Below the pieces are notes generated by a model. It was given only the letters and a program-made list of their open reading frames with translations. It was not told where the DNA came from and did not search any database. DNA of 64,000 bases from Macrostomum lignano (taxonomy: Eukaryota): contig NIVC01001368.1 of assembly GCA_002269645.1 (NCBI GenBank), positions 62,001-126,000 on the forward strand, given 5' to 3'. Made by a program: the position numbers and the translations under genes. Shown piece by piece: positions 32,478 through 51,079 of this stretch (within the stretch, counting starts at the first letter, position 1; each line of letters starts with the position of its first letter).

Positions 32478-33388
32478 GGCTGAGGCTGCAGATTAGCATG
32501 CATGCAATAGAGATGGGATAGGTGAATGCTTTGCAATCGAAAGCGCACGGAATGCATTTGAGCCGCAGCTGCCAGCCGCATGTCTATGGATAAAGCAGAC
32601 TAAAAATATAGGGCGATAATAATTCCTCATTTATATTTACATTACAGCTGAGTCGCAAGCTGCCCATTGTATAAATTACATTGAGGCACCATCGGCATCA
32701 AGGTAAATATGCATCTGGGAAACCCTATTTTAGGGTAAACTATCACCTCTCAGTAAGGAGGCTTACGGAAGGCAGCTCGCTTGGAAGGTGGTTGGTCTCC
32801 AGAGAGACGTCTTTCTCATATTCACAAGCCTATCAAACTACATGCTTTTATTAAATGAAATAAGCAAGACTCGAGATGATTAGCATAAATACTAATGAAA
32901 TCCAATAAGATGGTGGCTCGTATCATATTTTAAATAAGCTGATCCAGCACAGTACAATAAACAATGAAACACTTGAGTTGCTGCGGTACAGACGCACGCC
33001 ATCATGCTGTACAGGAGCTTTTCCTAATGATTGAGAGAAATAATGGGCACTGGGCGATCTGTTGTGCGATAACAGGAAATCACGCAGAACTGCTAATACT
33101 CTGACACAGAGCTGGGAGATAGCCAATAATAGGCAGGCCATGGGGAAGGGGAGCTGGGGCCGGTCATGTGGGATTAATAGGTAGCTATGTTTTGACTTGA
33201 TTGTAAATTCAGGTTCTTTTCGTATTTTCCCAGCGCCCTTGCACACTTAATCAGCCCGCTGCCGAACTAAACCCATGGGAGTTAACAGTTGGCCTCAGCG
33301 TGGCGCGCTAATTCACCAAGAGAGAATTTCCAGACCCTGACAATGCAATGCAGCATGCGGAAAGCGCAACACGTGTTGTTAGGGCCGG

Positions 33389-36205
<2,817 letters not shown>

Positions 36206-36469
36206 GGTGGTGGGGACTGCAAGCTGAAGCAGGCGATCGAGGACTCTTGGAAAATTAATAATGTTGTTTCTCCCACAGTAGTGTTTACCAAACCCCGAAA
36301 CCAAAATGCGCATTGCATTGTTAAAAGGCAGGATTATTTATGAAATATCGTTAAGTTGCTAACGCCATGCAATCAATCAGTTTGACACAGACAAAAGAAA
36401 TTAAATTCTATACAGTCCACCGAATGTCAATGTTTTGTTAACTACCCAAGCGAATTTTTACACAAGCGA

Positions 36470-37146
36470 TACTACTGACAAGGATACTACTGACAAGGAT
36501 ACTACTGACGAGTGATGCTACTGACAAGTGATGCTACTGACAAGGATACTACTGACGAGTGATGCTACTGACAAGGGTACTACTGACAAGGATACTACTG
36601 ACGAGTGATGCTACTGACAAGTGATGCTACTGACAAGGATACTACTGACAAGGATACTACTGACGAGTGATGCTACTGACAAGGATACTACTGACAAGTG
36701 ATGCTACTGACAAGGATACTACTGACAAGTGATGCTACTGACAAGGATACTACTGACAAGGACACTGCTGACGAGTGACGCTACTGACAAGGATACTACT
36801 GACAAGTGATGCTACTGACAAGGATACTACTGACAAGGACACTGCTGACGAGTGACGCTACTGACAAGGATACTACTGACAAGTGATGCTACTGACAAGG
36901 ATACTACTGACAAGTGATGCTACTGACAAGTGATGCTACTGACAAGGATACTACTGACAAGGACACTACTTACGAGTGATGCTACTGGCAAGGATACTAC
37001 TGACGAGTGATGCTACTGGCAAGGATACTACTGACAAGTGATGCTACTGACAAGGATGCTACTGACAACGATACTACTGACAAGTGATGCTACTGACGGA
37101 TACTACTGACGAATGATGCTACTGGCAAGGATACCACTGACGAGTG
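36470..37146 (+). repeat. Mixed 15/16-bp minisatellite (CTACTGACAAGGATA / CTACTGAC(A/G)AGTGATG)
   Basis: Two interspersed unit types between METAP2 and KAT6. Confidence 0.9.
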
Positions 37147-38219
37147 ATATTTAGTATCTACTACTTTTTCTATTACTAAGTAGCATATAAAAATCTAAAC
37201 TACTTTCTATAAGAAAAAATGCAAAACAGAACCTTCTAGTGTAGTGAAAGCTGAGAACAGAATAAGCACAAATATATTTTTTACTAAAAACTTTTACAAG
37301 AACAAACAAAAACACGTACAAAGCAAGGTAACTTGGGTGTACTCAGAAGTGATACAACTATACATATAACAGCTGACACAGGCGAAAGTAGTAGTATATA
37401 TATGCTTAAAACAAGTAGAGGATTAGCATTTTATTCGGAATTGCAGCTAATAGCAAATTCAATAGACCCAATCTAGATACAGGGGACAGCGGACACAGAC
37501 AGAACTGAGACCGGAGAGCATTGCAATAAAAGCAGAGCAAATCAAAGCAGACAGTAATAGCCTAATTAGATTGCAACATGAATTTGCATTAATAAACAAA
37601 TTGAATTTGCATTAATAAGAAGCTGAGCTGTTTTGAGATATAATAGACCTGAACCTCGCATACGGCAACATTTTAAAATTACTCAGTATCTATGGATAAA
37701 GACCGAGCATGTAAAATTCCACACTGCCACGTACTGAGACTTGTAAGGTCATTGAAGGCAATTTGCAGCCTCAACTGACTCCTGCAAAAATGTTTATTTG
37801 CGGATAAAAAAGTGATATAAACAAATCACTTTGTTTAAAAGTACATACACTGAACAACAAAGAAATCACATGCAGCAACAAAGACTGCACGGGGCTAGGA
37901 TTTGCATTGGGACAAATAACAAAACAGGAACGGAGACAGAATGTGAATCAGTCACAGGAATTCCCTGCAGCAGGGGACCATGTAGACAGAAGCACAGCAA
38001 CAGTGCGCAGATGTACTGCAACCACTGTGCGCACCAGAAATCTTCACGAACTCAAATTCAAGAACCTATTCACAGCAAGCACACAATAGTTGCTAGCATA
38101 GGGTTTCTGGGTTTCTCATGCAAAACCTGCCATAAAACATTATGATTTCATTTATTTGCAGTTCAACTGCTGGGACATTGCTGCTCTGCTCAAATCAAAG
38201 TGCTGCCCAGCAGGCGAAG

Positions 38220-42573
<4,354 letters not shown>

Positions 42574-43147
42574 CGAGGGCTGATTGATGCCTTCCTTGCT
42601 GTTTGACTACCAGGCTGGGATTTATGGCTGCAAGACAAGCCGTATGATTTCACTCTGTGACATCTTAACTTGGAATCAGAGGTCTCACCATGGCGCGAAT
42701 TTCAGCCTTGTGAATTTTCGCGCCATTGTTTTCCTCAAATTTGTGTTGGAAGCAGTAACTTCTTCATCTTACGCTCGTACATCTCGTTTTTGTTTCATGT
42801 ATTTAAGAAAGTCTAATTTATGAAAGTCTCTGCAGAAGCAAAGCTGTTATTTTGAATATTCTTATTTATTGTTGAATAAGAACAAGAAGACTCAGAAAGA
42901 GGTAGGGAGAAGGGAGAGGACAATAGGAAGAGAAGTGAGATAGAGTTAAGGGGGAGGGGTCAGGGAGGGAGAGCATAGTTACGAGGGAGAGGGAGATAGG
43001 AAGCAATTGGTACTCGTACTAATAGTCTTACCTTGTTCCTACTACTTTTACGCGATTGCATTCTTTCTTTTACTAAAATTCGTTTCAGCTACAGTCTGTT
43101 TCCTACGGCTTCACGAAGAAACTAAATAATATATATAAAAGTCTAAA

Positions 43148-45579
43148 TGGCTTCCGCTTCTAAGAAAAATGTAAAATTGAAGAACGATTGGTTGAGGCTA
43201 ACAGACGATAATGGCGACTATGTTGACTTCTGGGCGCCCACAAGGCGAGATGGACGCCTGGTGCACCTGGTGCCGAAGAGGTTTTTCGATTCGCAGTGGC
43301 TTCACTAACCTACGAAGTCACTCCTGCGCTGCTAGTCATCGTTCAGTATCTGCGGCTCGAAATCTGCACTTGGGACCCTCATTAGAAATCCCAATGCAGC
43401 TGCACTTGACGGCTCTGCCTCTGGCAGCGTCACTTTGTCATCAGCTGGCTTCGACCCCTGTTCTGCAGCTAGAGTATCAGAGGTCCGATGTGTTGCTCGA
43501 ATTATTCTGAAAGCACAAAGCTTTCAATCTCAGGAAGATATAGTTGATGATTTGGGAGCCATCTGCAACGACTCGAAGATACCAGCGAAGATGCAACTGC
43601 ACGCAACTAAAATGACCTATCTAGTGACTGATGCCGTTTATCCACATATGCTCGATGTAGTGCTTGCCGACATTCGAGATGCCGAGTTCTATTCACTGCA
43701 CATCGATGAAACAAATAACCAAGGGACCAAGTATCTAGTTGTGGCACGCTACCTTCCACAGGATGCATTTGAGGTACGAGTTGTTTGCATTGGATTGCCA
43801 TCTGTAGCTAGCACATCAACGGAGCACCTATCAAGCGCAGTGTTCGAGCTAGTTGCGAAGTGAGAAAAGAAACTGTCTGTCAATCATGATGGACAATTGC
43901 AACGTAATGTGAGGCGCAAAAAATGGTGTCGTTGTTTGCCTAAAGACGGAGCTAGGCTTCGATAGCGTAGTTGATGTGGGTGGTTGCTCGTTGCGCCATG
44001 TCCACAATGTTGCAAAACATGCGTGTGCCGCATCAAAGCTTGGCCAAGATGTTGAGGTACTTGTCCGCGATATCTATTGCTTTTTTAAATATCACGAAAG
44101 TAAAAGCGAGCGCCTTGAAAAATTTCGCACCGAATTTTCGGACATTAAAAAGCTTGCCTTCCTGCGCCCAATAGACACTCGTTGGCTGCAGACTCTAGCG
44201 GTTGTTGAGCGCGTCCGGGCTATGTTGAAGCCTCTTCTGCTTTACTTCACTGAAGTAAAGCCTTCACTAAAGTAAAGCCATCCAAGCATAACGTCCCCAA
44301 ACATTCAAGCATCAAAGGCGCTCTGGAGGACTCTAAGACGGAGTTCTTCCTCTGCTTCCTAGCTGAGGTTTTAAAGCCGCTTCAGCAGTTTGAGCTCCTC
44401 TTCCAGCAGGAGGGATGTCATGTACAGAAGCTGTACAATAAGCTCACCGACATCATGAAGCGATGGCTTCTGCGCTTCGTCAAGCAGCAAAGTCTGCCCG
44501 AAAAGTTTTGGACGGTAGATGAGACAGACATTACGATTCAGCTATCGCCCTACCAGCTGGGTATTGGAGAGTCAGCCAGACGCCTTTTCAACAACATGGC
44601 AGCTGATGATCAGAAAGTTTGTCTGCAGTCTGTCGGAAATTTTTTGCAGTAGGTACGTCAAAGCTTCGTGAGTACCTGCCCTTCGGCAACAAGATTTTGC
44701 GCGCTTGCCAAGCCATGGACCCACAAAAGCAGTTGGATGCCCAAGCTGTTAACTGGGTTCGGATTCTGGCCCGTGGCTTGCCGAGAGTAGTTTCTGAAGA
44801 TGTCTGCAGTCTTGAGGTTGAGATGCGACTGCATCGGCATGCCATGCCATTGACCAGGCTGAGATTGAGGCCAACAAACCAACAGTCACTGAATTTTGGA
44901 GCGCTGTCGAGAAATCAGGTGACAGGAACTACTTGTTCGCCTGATTAGAGCATTATTGGTGCTTCCGCCTGGCAATGCCGAGGTGGAGCGGATCTTTAGC
45001 AACCTTAAGGACGTCATGACAAAGAAACGCAGGAGTTTGGCTCCTACGACAATCAATGCTTTGATTGTTGCAACCTCGTGTCTTCGAGTCAAGGGCTGGA
45101 CAGCGGCGACACTTCCAGTCTCTTCTAGATTGCTAAACTTGTGCGCTAGTGCCAATGCCGCTTTTAAGCAGCGCCTGAAAGACGAACGAAAGGCGGAAGA
45201 AGTGGCGCAGCAGAAGCAACTGGAAGAGACGCTCCGGCTTGAAGTTCGATCTGAAAAAAAATCAAGCAAGACATTCAAAGACGTGGAAGAGGCTATTGAG
45301 AACTCAAAAAAGGAAATTGAGCGCGTATTGGAAAGGAAAGAATCGGCTCAGAAGCTGCTAGTAAAGGCACAGAAAGCTTCACAGTCTGAGGAGAAAAAGC
45401 TGGATGAGTTGAGGCGGCAGCATGAGAAGCTGCTCAAAAAAAGAGAGCAAGAGTCGCAGCGTGTGACCGACTCGGTGATCAAGCGTGCGGCAAGCGCTAT
45501 GTCAGCTGAAAACAGCACTGCGTCTGTGTCTGACAATCTGCCCGAGTCTGTGAAGAAGAAGAAATTTTGGCTGAACTGA
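43148..45579 (+). pseudogene. hAT-superfamily transposase, disrupted by frameshifts and stops
   Basis: BED-like AWCTWC..FSI..GFTNL.SH, MQLHATKMTY, YSLHIDETNN (first catalytic D), MMDNCNVM*GAKNGV, GCSLRHVHN, DTRWL, PPGNAEVERIFS (catalytic E / hATC), across several frames. Confidence 0.88.
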
Positions 45580-46749
45580 GTTGCACTGATTTAACTTTTT
45601 AACTAACTGAAGTCTTCACTATTGTCTGTTGTCTGGTTATACATGTATATAGCCTGTAGGGAGTGAAGTGAAATAAGGGATCCACCGTTAAGTAGGTTAT
45701 TTTTTCCTCTTTTGTAAGCTCATTCAAAAAACTAAAAAGGGTTGCTATAAATTCTAAGAATTTATAGACTAAAATTGATACTATAACTAAGATGTTTACT
45801 GAATTGATGGTTAGGCTATACTATATAGTTCAATGATTAGTTTACTTTACTTGTTTAGGTTTTGTATGCGTTTATAATTACAAGTGGAATGTTAAGGATG
45901 CTCTTGTAGTTTTACATGCTCCTATTTGAACTGATCTCCTGGAATTGGCATAACTGAAACTGAAAGTCTGAGCAGCCATTTTTACAAATATTATTGTTCA
46001 CGCCAATGCTTGCATACAAGGTAGTTTGTTGTTCTATCTGCGAAATATAAGCATATTTTGTAATCATTGAAGCAGGTACTAACTGATTCAGGAATGAGGT
46101 ATTTTTGAAAAAAAATTACTGACACTTGGCTTTGGCTTCACTTTTTGTAACATATTTATCTATGAGCATATGCATAAATTAGGTTTTTATTTCCCCATAA
46201 TGTAGGCTTACACTTGTACGCAAGATTAAGTGTGGAATTTTTTAATGCACACTGATTTACAACTGAGAAATGTGCCAGCACTTTCAGGTGCAAAAATGAT
46301 CATTGGCACGAAAATTCAGTTCCAGGCGAAAAAAAATTGGTGTAGCTGAGTGGGACCACTGTCTTGGACTCCACATATGGAGTTTGATAAATAATATTTA
46401 ATTTGACAAAGTTGCTTAAAGTTTTACAAGATGGTATAATGATTCAATATTGACTTTTATTTTCTTATAAAAATTAAAAGATGAAAACATCTCTTTCTGG
46501 GCCAAATAACCATTTTGTGACAGTCTGCATAGTTGGTTTATTCTGCACAGTTGTGTGTGATTCTTCTGCTATAAATAACTAGTGCACTTACTTGTTTCAT
46601 TAGAAAGAGTCTATGCATATCTTTCTAGGACAAATTGTCTCACCATTGTGAACTGTTTCCTTGTCTTCTTTTATTCTTCATACCTGTCAAGTCCACAAAG
46701 GCAACCACTCTTGGTAGAATCACCTAAAAAACTGAGTGCACCAATAGTG

Positions 46750-47800
46750 CATGCATGACCAATTTTATGCCTTCTAATTTTAGCAATATAACATAGCCTA
46801 TCTTGTGGTAGGACTTATCAGGCCACTACCTAGATCTCTGATCTGATGTATCTATCTGGCAAACTCTAAATCAATGCTTAGCACCTGGAGCTTGCTGGCA
46901 ACCACAATGCCAATTTTATCCTTGATGGCATTGAGCATGGCTTTCCTACTGCTAAGTTTAAGGCCTATGACACAGATGGCCATGTGGTATTACACTTTTA
47001 CAAGTGATTTGACCTAGTGGCTTTTTATTAACTATCAGCTTGATTGTAGCTCCATATTAATCTGAAGGAGTGCACTGCCACTCTGGTTATTATCCTAAAG
47101 TACTGAGGCCCTTAATGACTGCTCTATTACTATGTATATAGACAGTATAATTGCCTATAGCATTATCAACTCTAGCTTGGCCAATCACTGAAATATATTG
47201 GACCTGCATCTAACATGACATTATTGTGCATGCATACTATGTGCCTGGCCACTTTTAGCTTCTTACCAACCTACTGTCCAGAGCTAACAACCCTAGTCAG
47301 CTTACTTTCTTTTTTATGGCACTTACTATATGCCTGCCTGCTTGCTTCTATCTGCTTACTTGAGTTTTGCTACTGCTTCTCACCTTTTTAGGTGTCTTAT
47401 ATTGCCCTAATGCCTTAGCTAATATACCTGCCAATTGCTTGGCAAAGGCTTTTCAAGCTTAACCAGCTCTGCTTATACCACCCAATGTGCATTTTGGCTA
47501 TGGTTCTGTAATTTCCATAGAGTTGGGCCACTATTAATATAGCCTGCCAACAATTCCAAACACTTGACAGAGCTAGTCAGAAACTGACTATCAGATATAG
47601 TAGTATATCTTACTATTTTGCTACTATGTCCTAGTTCTACAATGCAAATGGTATGGCCAACCCTACTAAGCAACCTCTGATATAGCTTGCATTGCATTTG
47701 ATGGCTTTGATGATACTATTCCAAAGAGCAAACAAGTGCTACTGCCAATTAATCTCTAGCAATTACAATGAGCATAGTAGCTAGAAGAATCCCATGAAAA
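46750..47800 (+). mobile_element. Heavily mutated DIRS/Ngaro-type tyrosine-recombinase retrotransposon relic
   Basis: Plus strand: NFILDGIEHGF (~46910-46944, start of Ngaro-type RT), HINLKEC (47053) and VHAYYVPGHF*LLTNLLSR (47225-47283, DIRS RNase H motifs HINxxE and VPGxxNxxADxLSR), then SAYTTQCAFWLWFC and KQVLLPIN resembling the YR N-terminal region. Many stops. Confidence 0.6.
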
Positions 47801-50284
47801 TATATTCTGGTATTTCTGCATTTTTGGATAGTATTTGTGAGACCAATAGGGTAAATATAAATATATATTATCAATTAGAGTATGGTTAACAAAAAGCTAG
47901 AACTGCACAATACTACATAGTGAATAGAACAAAAAATTCTAAGGTGCACATTGCTGCCTCTCCTTGCCAATTAAAAATTAAGAGAGGGTTTGCAGTCTTT
48001 AATGTGTAAAGCTTCCAATATCAAAAGTTTACTACAGTGCTCAGTGCAATTGATAATTAAAAAATTATGAGCAGGGTTCACATTAACCTATCAATATCCA
48101 CAAATACTTGAAAAAAATGTTTCCTATTAGCTTTGTCTTTCTAATCTTATTAAAGAAAAGTAGCCTGCCTCAATTCTACTTTGTTATAAGTTTAAAATGA
48201 GATTGTAATCATAATTAAGAAGACATATATACTAGAAATTTTTAGGGTATACTCAAGAAATGTTTGGCATATATGTTGGCATATAAAAAGTGATTTTAAG
48301 CTTTTGGTATACACGTTTAATATTTTGGTATATGATACCAAACTATACCATACTATATAGTTTAAAAGGTGACATTTCTTAATAGTTTAGATTTCTTAAT
48401 TCTTGGCATAAAAAAGGTACTTGCCATTTTTAGTGTATATTAGTGTATATATATCCTATAATCCTATTGTAAATGATACAATAGAAATTTTTTAGCTTAT
48501 ATCTGACATATCTATGTATATTTTAGGATCAATTAGTGGCTTTATATAAAATATGCTATATGCAACACTTTCAACATAGAAGAAAGAATAATAAAAAACA
48601 ATTTTAAACTTTATGCTCAAAAAATTTTTTCCCTAATTTTTAGCCAATAAAAAGTATTTATATAAAATAATTTTTTTCATTTTCTCCTAAGTGCACATTG
48701 CAAAAATGCATAATTTTTAAGTTTGTTAGGCCTAATCTACATGAATAATAAATTCAAGAATGAAAAAATGTACAACTTTGGTATATATAGATAGCTAAGA
48801 ACATTTTTTAGTCCTAGTATACAAATGTAGTCAACTTTTTTTCTTACTGGACTAGGCATACACTAATATACAATCCAAACTATAAGATATATACAAAAAA
48901 GTTAGGTTTTGTTGTTATTAATAATATAGACACAATAGTTGTTTATAATACTGTAAAAAGAAATAATTAAATAATGCAAAACTGACTTCCATGTTTTTTA
49001 CAAAGGTAAAGGTTTAAAGTTTTAATAAAATTGCATAAATTTTACTTTTGTTCTTTAATTGTTAAATTAATTAAATTAAATTAATACAAAGCATTAATAA
49101 ATATAACTTTTATTTTTAGTTTTATAACTAATGTTTCACCATAAGGGGGTCCATATATATAGTATAGCCATAGCTATACATTAAACAATAGGCCTAGCTT
49201 ATTCCAATTTTCATATTCTGTAGCCATAAAGACCCCAATATTACCATATTCTTGTAGTTCCCATAGCCATAGTTTTAACAAAAAGTCTAGGAAACAAAAT
49301 ATTTTGAATCAAGAATAGGATTTCCCCGAGATATTTGCTTCCAAAATGTGTTTATAAGGGGTGCCAATGAATTTGTCTTTTTACACACTGCATTTGTGCC
49401 AATTTTTTTTCCTTTGGGACAGAAAATTTCTGCTTACAAATTTTTAAAGCCGAATATGGCGTGAGAGTAGGGAATGTATCCTAAAGCATGCATTCATTTT
49501 TTGTTTGAATTATCTGTTCGAAGGAAAAAATATCTGTCGGGAGATATGTCGGGGAACCCGCACATCATTGGTCAACATGCAGAAGACTAGAGTAGAAGTT
49601 AAACTAGGCCTAAAGCTATAATTAAATTGGATTCGTATTTCACTTAACATTTTACTTCTTTTCTATTCCTATTCGTAATCGTACATTCCTTGGTAATACA
49701 AAAATGGTGTTTTAATAACATTAAGTTGTCCCTATAACATAGAGTTGCTAACAAAAAATAACTGAAAGAAGCAGCTCTGTAAAGAATTAAAAAAACAATG
49801 AAATACAAAAATGACTAACACCACGCAAAATTGTTAAGCAATTTTTTACATTTTTGAATTAATAAAACTTTACTAAACGTATTTCTTATGAAAAAAAAGT
49901 TTTAAGCTACCTTTACAAAGGCTTATGTATGTTTTTGTTTATCAGAACTATTACTTACTGTAAATCAAACGTTGAATTTTCCAAGATACCGTTTTGAATA
50001 AAAAAAGCTATAAGAGAGGGACTAAGTCTCATAGAGTTAGGCCCTATCGTTTTCATCGCATACATTGCCAGCATTGCATAGGCCGATTTCAATCTAGGAC
50101 GATTGGATATAGTTAGTTGCCTTTTTATATTCCTTTATACTTTTTCGTCGTCATATCGTATATTTATATGCAGGTGTATTCAAATTTGACATCTTTGCTA
50201 ATGCCAGGCAATGCGGCGATAAACCAGTGGTAAGCAGTGTTGCAGCTGCGAGGTCAACAACAGGAATCATGATGCACTTCCTGG

Positions 50285-51079
50285 CAGTGTTGGGCACTGT
50301 TAATGAAAAGCTTAACTTCCGTTAATGCCAATAGCGTTAGCGGTAAAACAAAAAATCTTAACTTATTAATCGTTAATAAACATTAATCCGTTAAAGTTAA
50401 CTCACAAAATAGATAAATCTCGCACTTTTTTCCAAAACAGACTTCATAACGCACTGTTTGCTTTTCCATCTTTTTAGCAAAATACAGAGGTCATCTAATC
50501 TAAGCAATTTACAAGCTAAAAAGTAATAAATAATTATTTAAAAAACTTGTATGCATAATAATAATATTAATACTACTAAAAGAAAGCATACAGTAAAAGA
50601 GTAAATTATTTATTTAAAACTTTAAAGCTAATTAGTTAATAATAAAATATGAATAGGAAGGTTGCTTCAGTAGCATTAGTAGACATAGCAGAAAGTTACA
50701 AAAGATTGTTAAAGAAGTGAATCAAAGCAATTGATGCTCATGCGAGAGCACTAAAATTCACAATTTTAATTTGCATGATCATCGTTATAAACAGAGATTA
50801 ATAAGGCATTTAAGTAAATTCAAAAACATCTATAATGTTGTAACTTCTCGTCAGACATATTTTTGTTTTTTCTTTGCATCTTTGGTCATTTATATTGCCA
50901 TTAATGTTAACAATGAATTTGTCGTTAGCTCACAAAGTTAATAACACAAATTTGTTAATCCGTTGGATCAAAAAAATCTTAATAGCAGTCCATTAACATT
51001 AATAAAAAATCTAAATGCTTATTAGGCCTAATGCTCATTAATGGATTAATGCTTAATAATGGATTGGTGCCCAACACTG
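50285..51079. mobile_element. Non-autonomous hAT element (MITE), 795 bp
   Basis: Perfect 13-bp TIR CAGTGTTGGGCAC (50285-50297) / GTGCCCAACACTG (51067-51079), flanked by an identical 8-bp TSD CTTCCTGG (50277-50284 and 51080-51087); subterminal (C/T)GTTAA motifs. Confidence 0.95.

Noticed and set aside
42603-46400. Complete TIR/TSD definition for the large hAT element
   Set aside because: No reverse complement of the CAGGCTGGG terminus or second TTGACTAC was found, so the ends are not called.
49318-49560. Small MITE with TTCCCCGA-ATAT inverted ends
   Set aside because: The inverted match is short and imperfect and there is no TSD; insufficient support.
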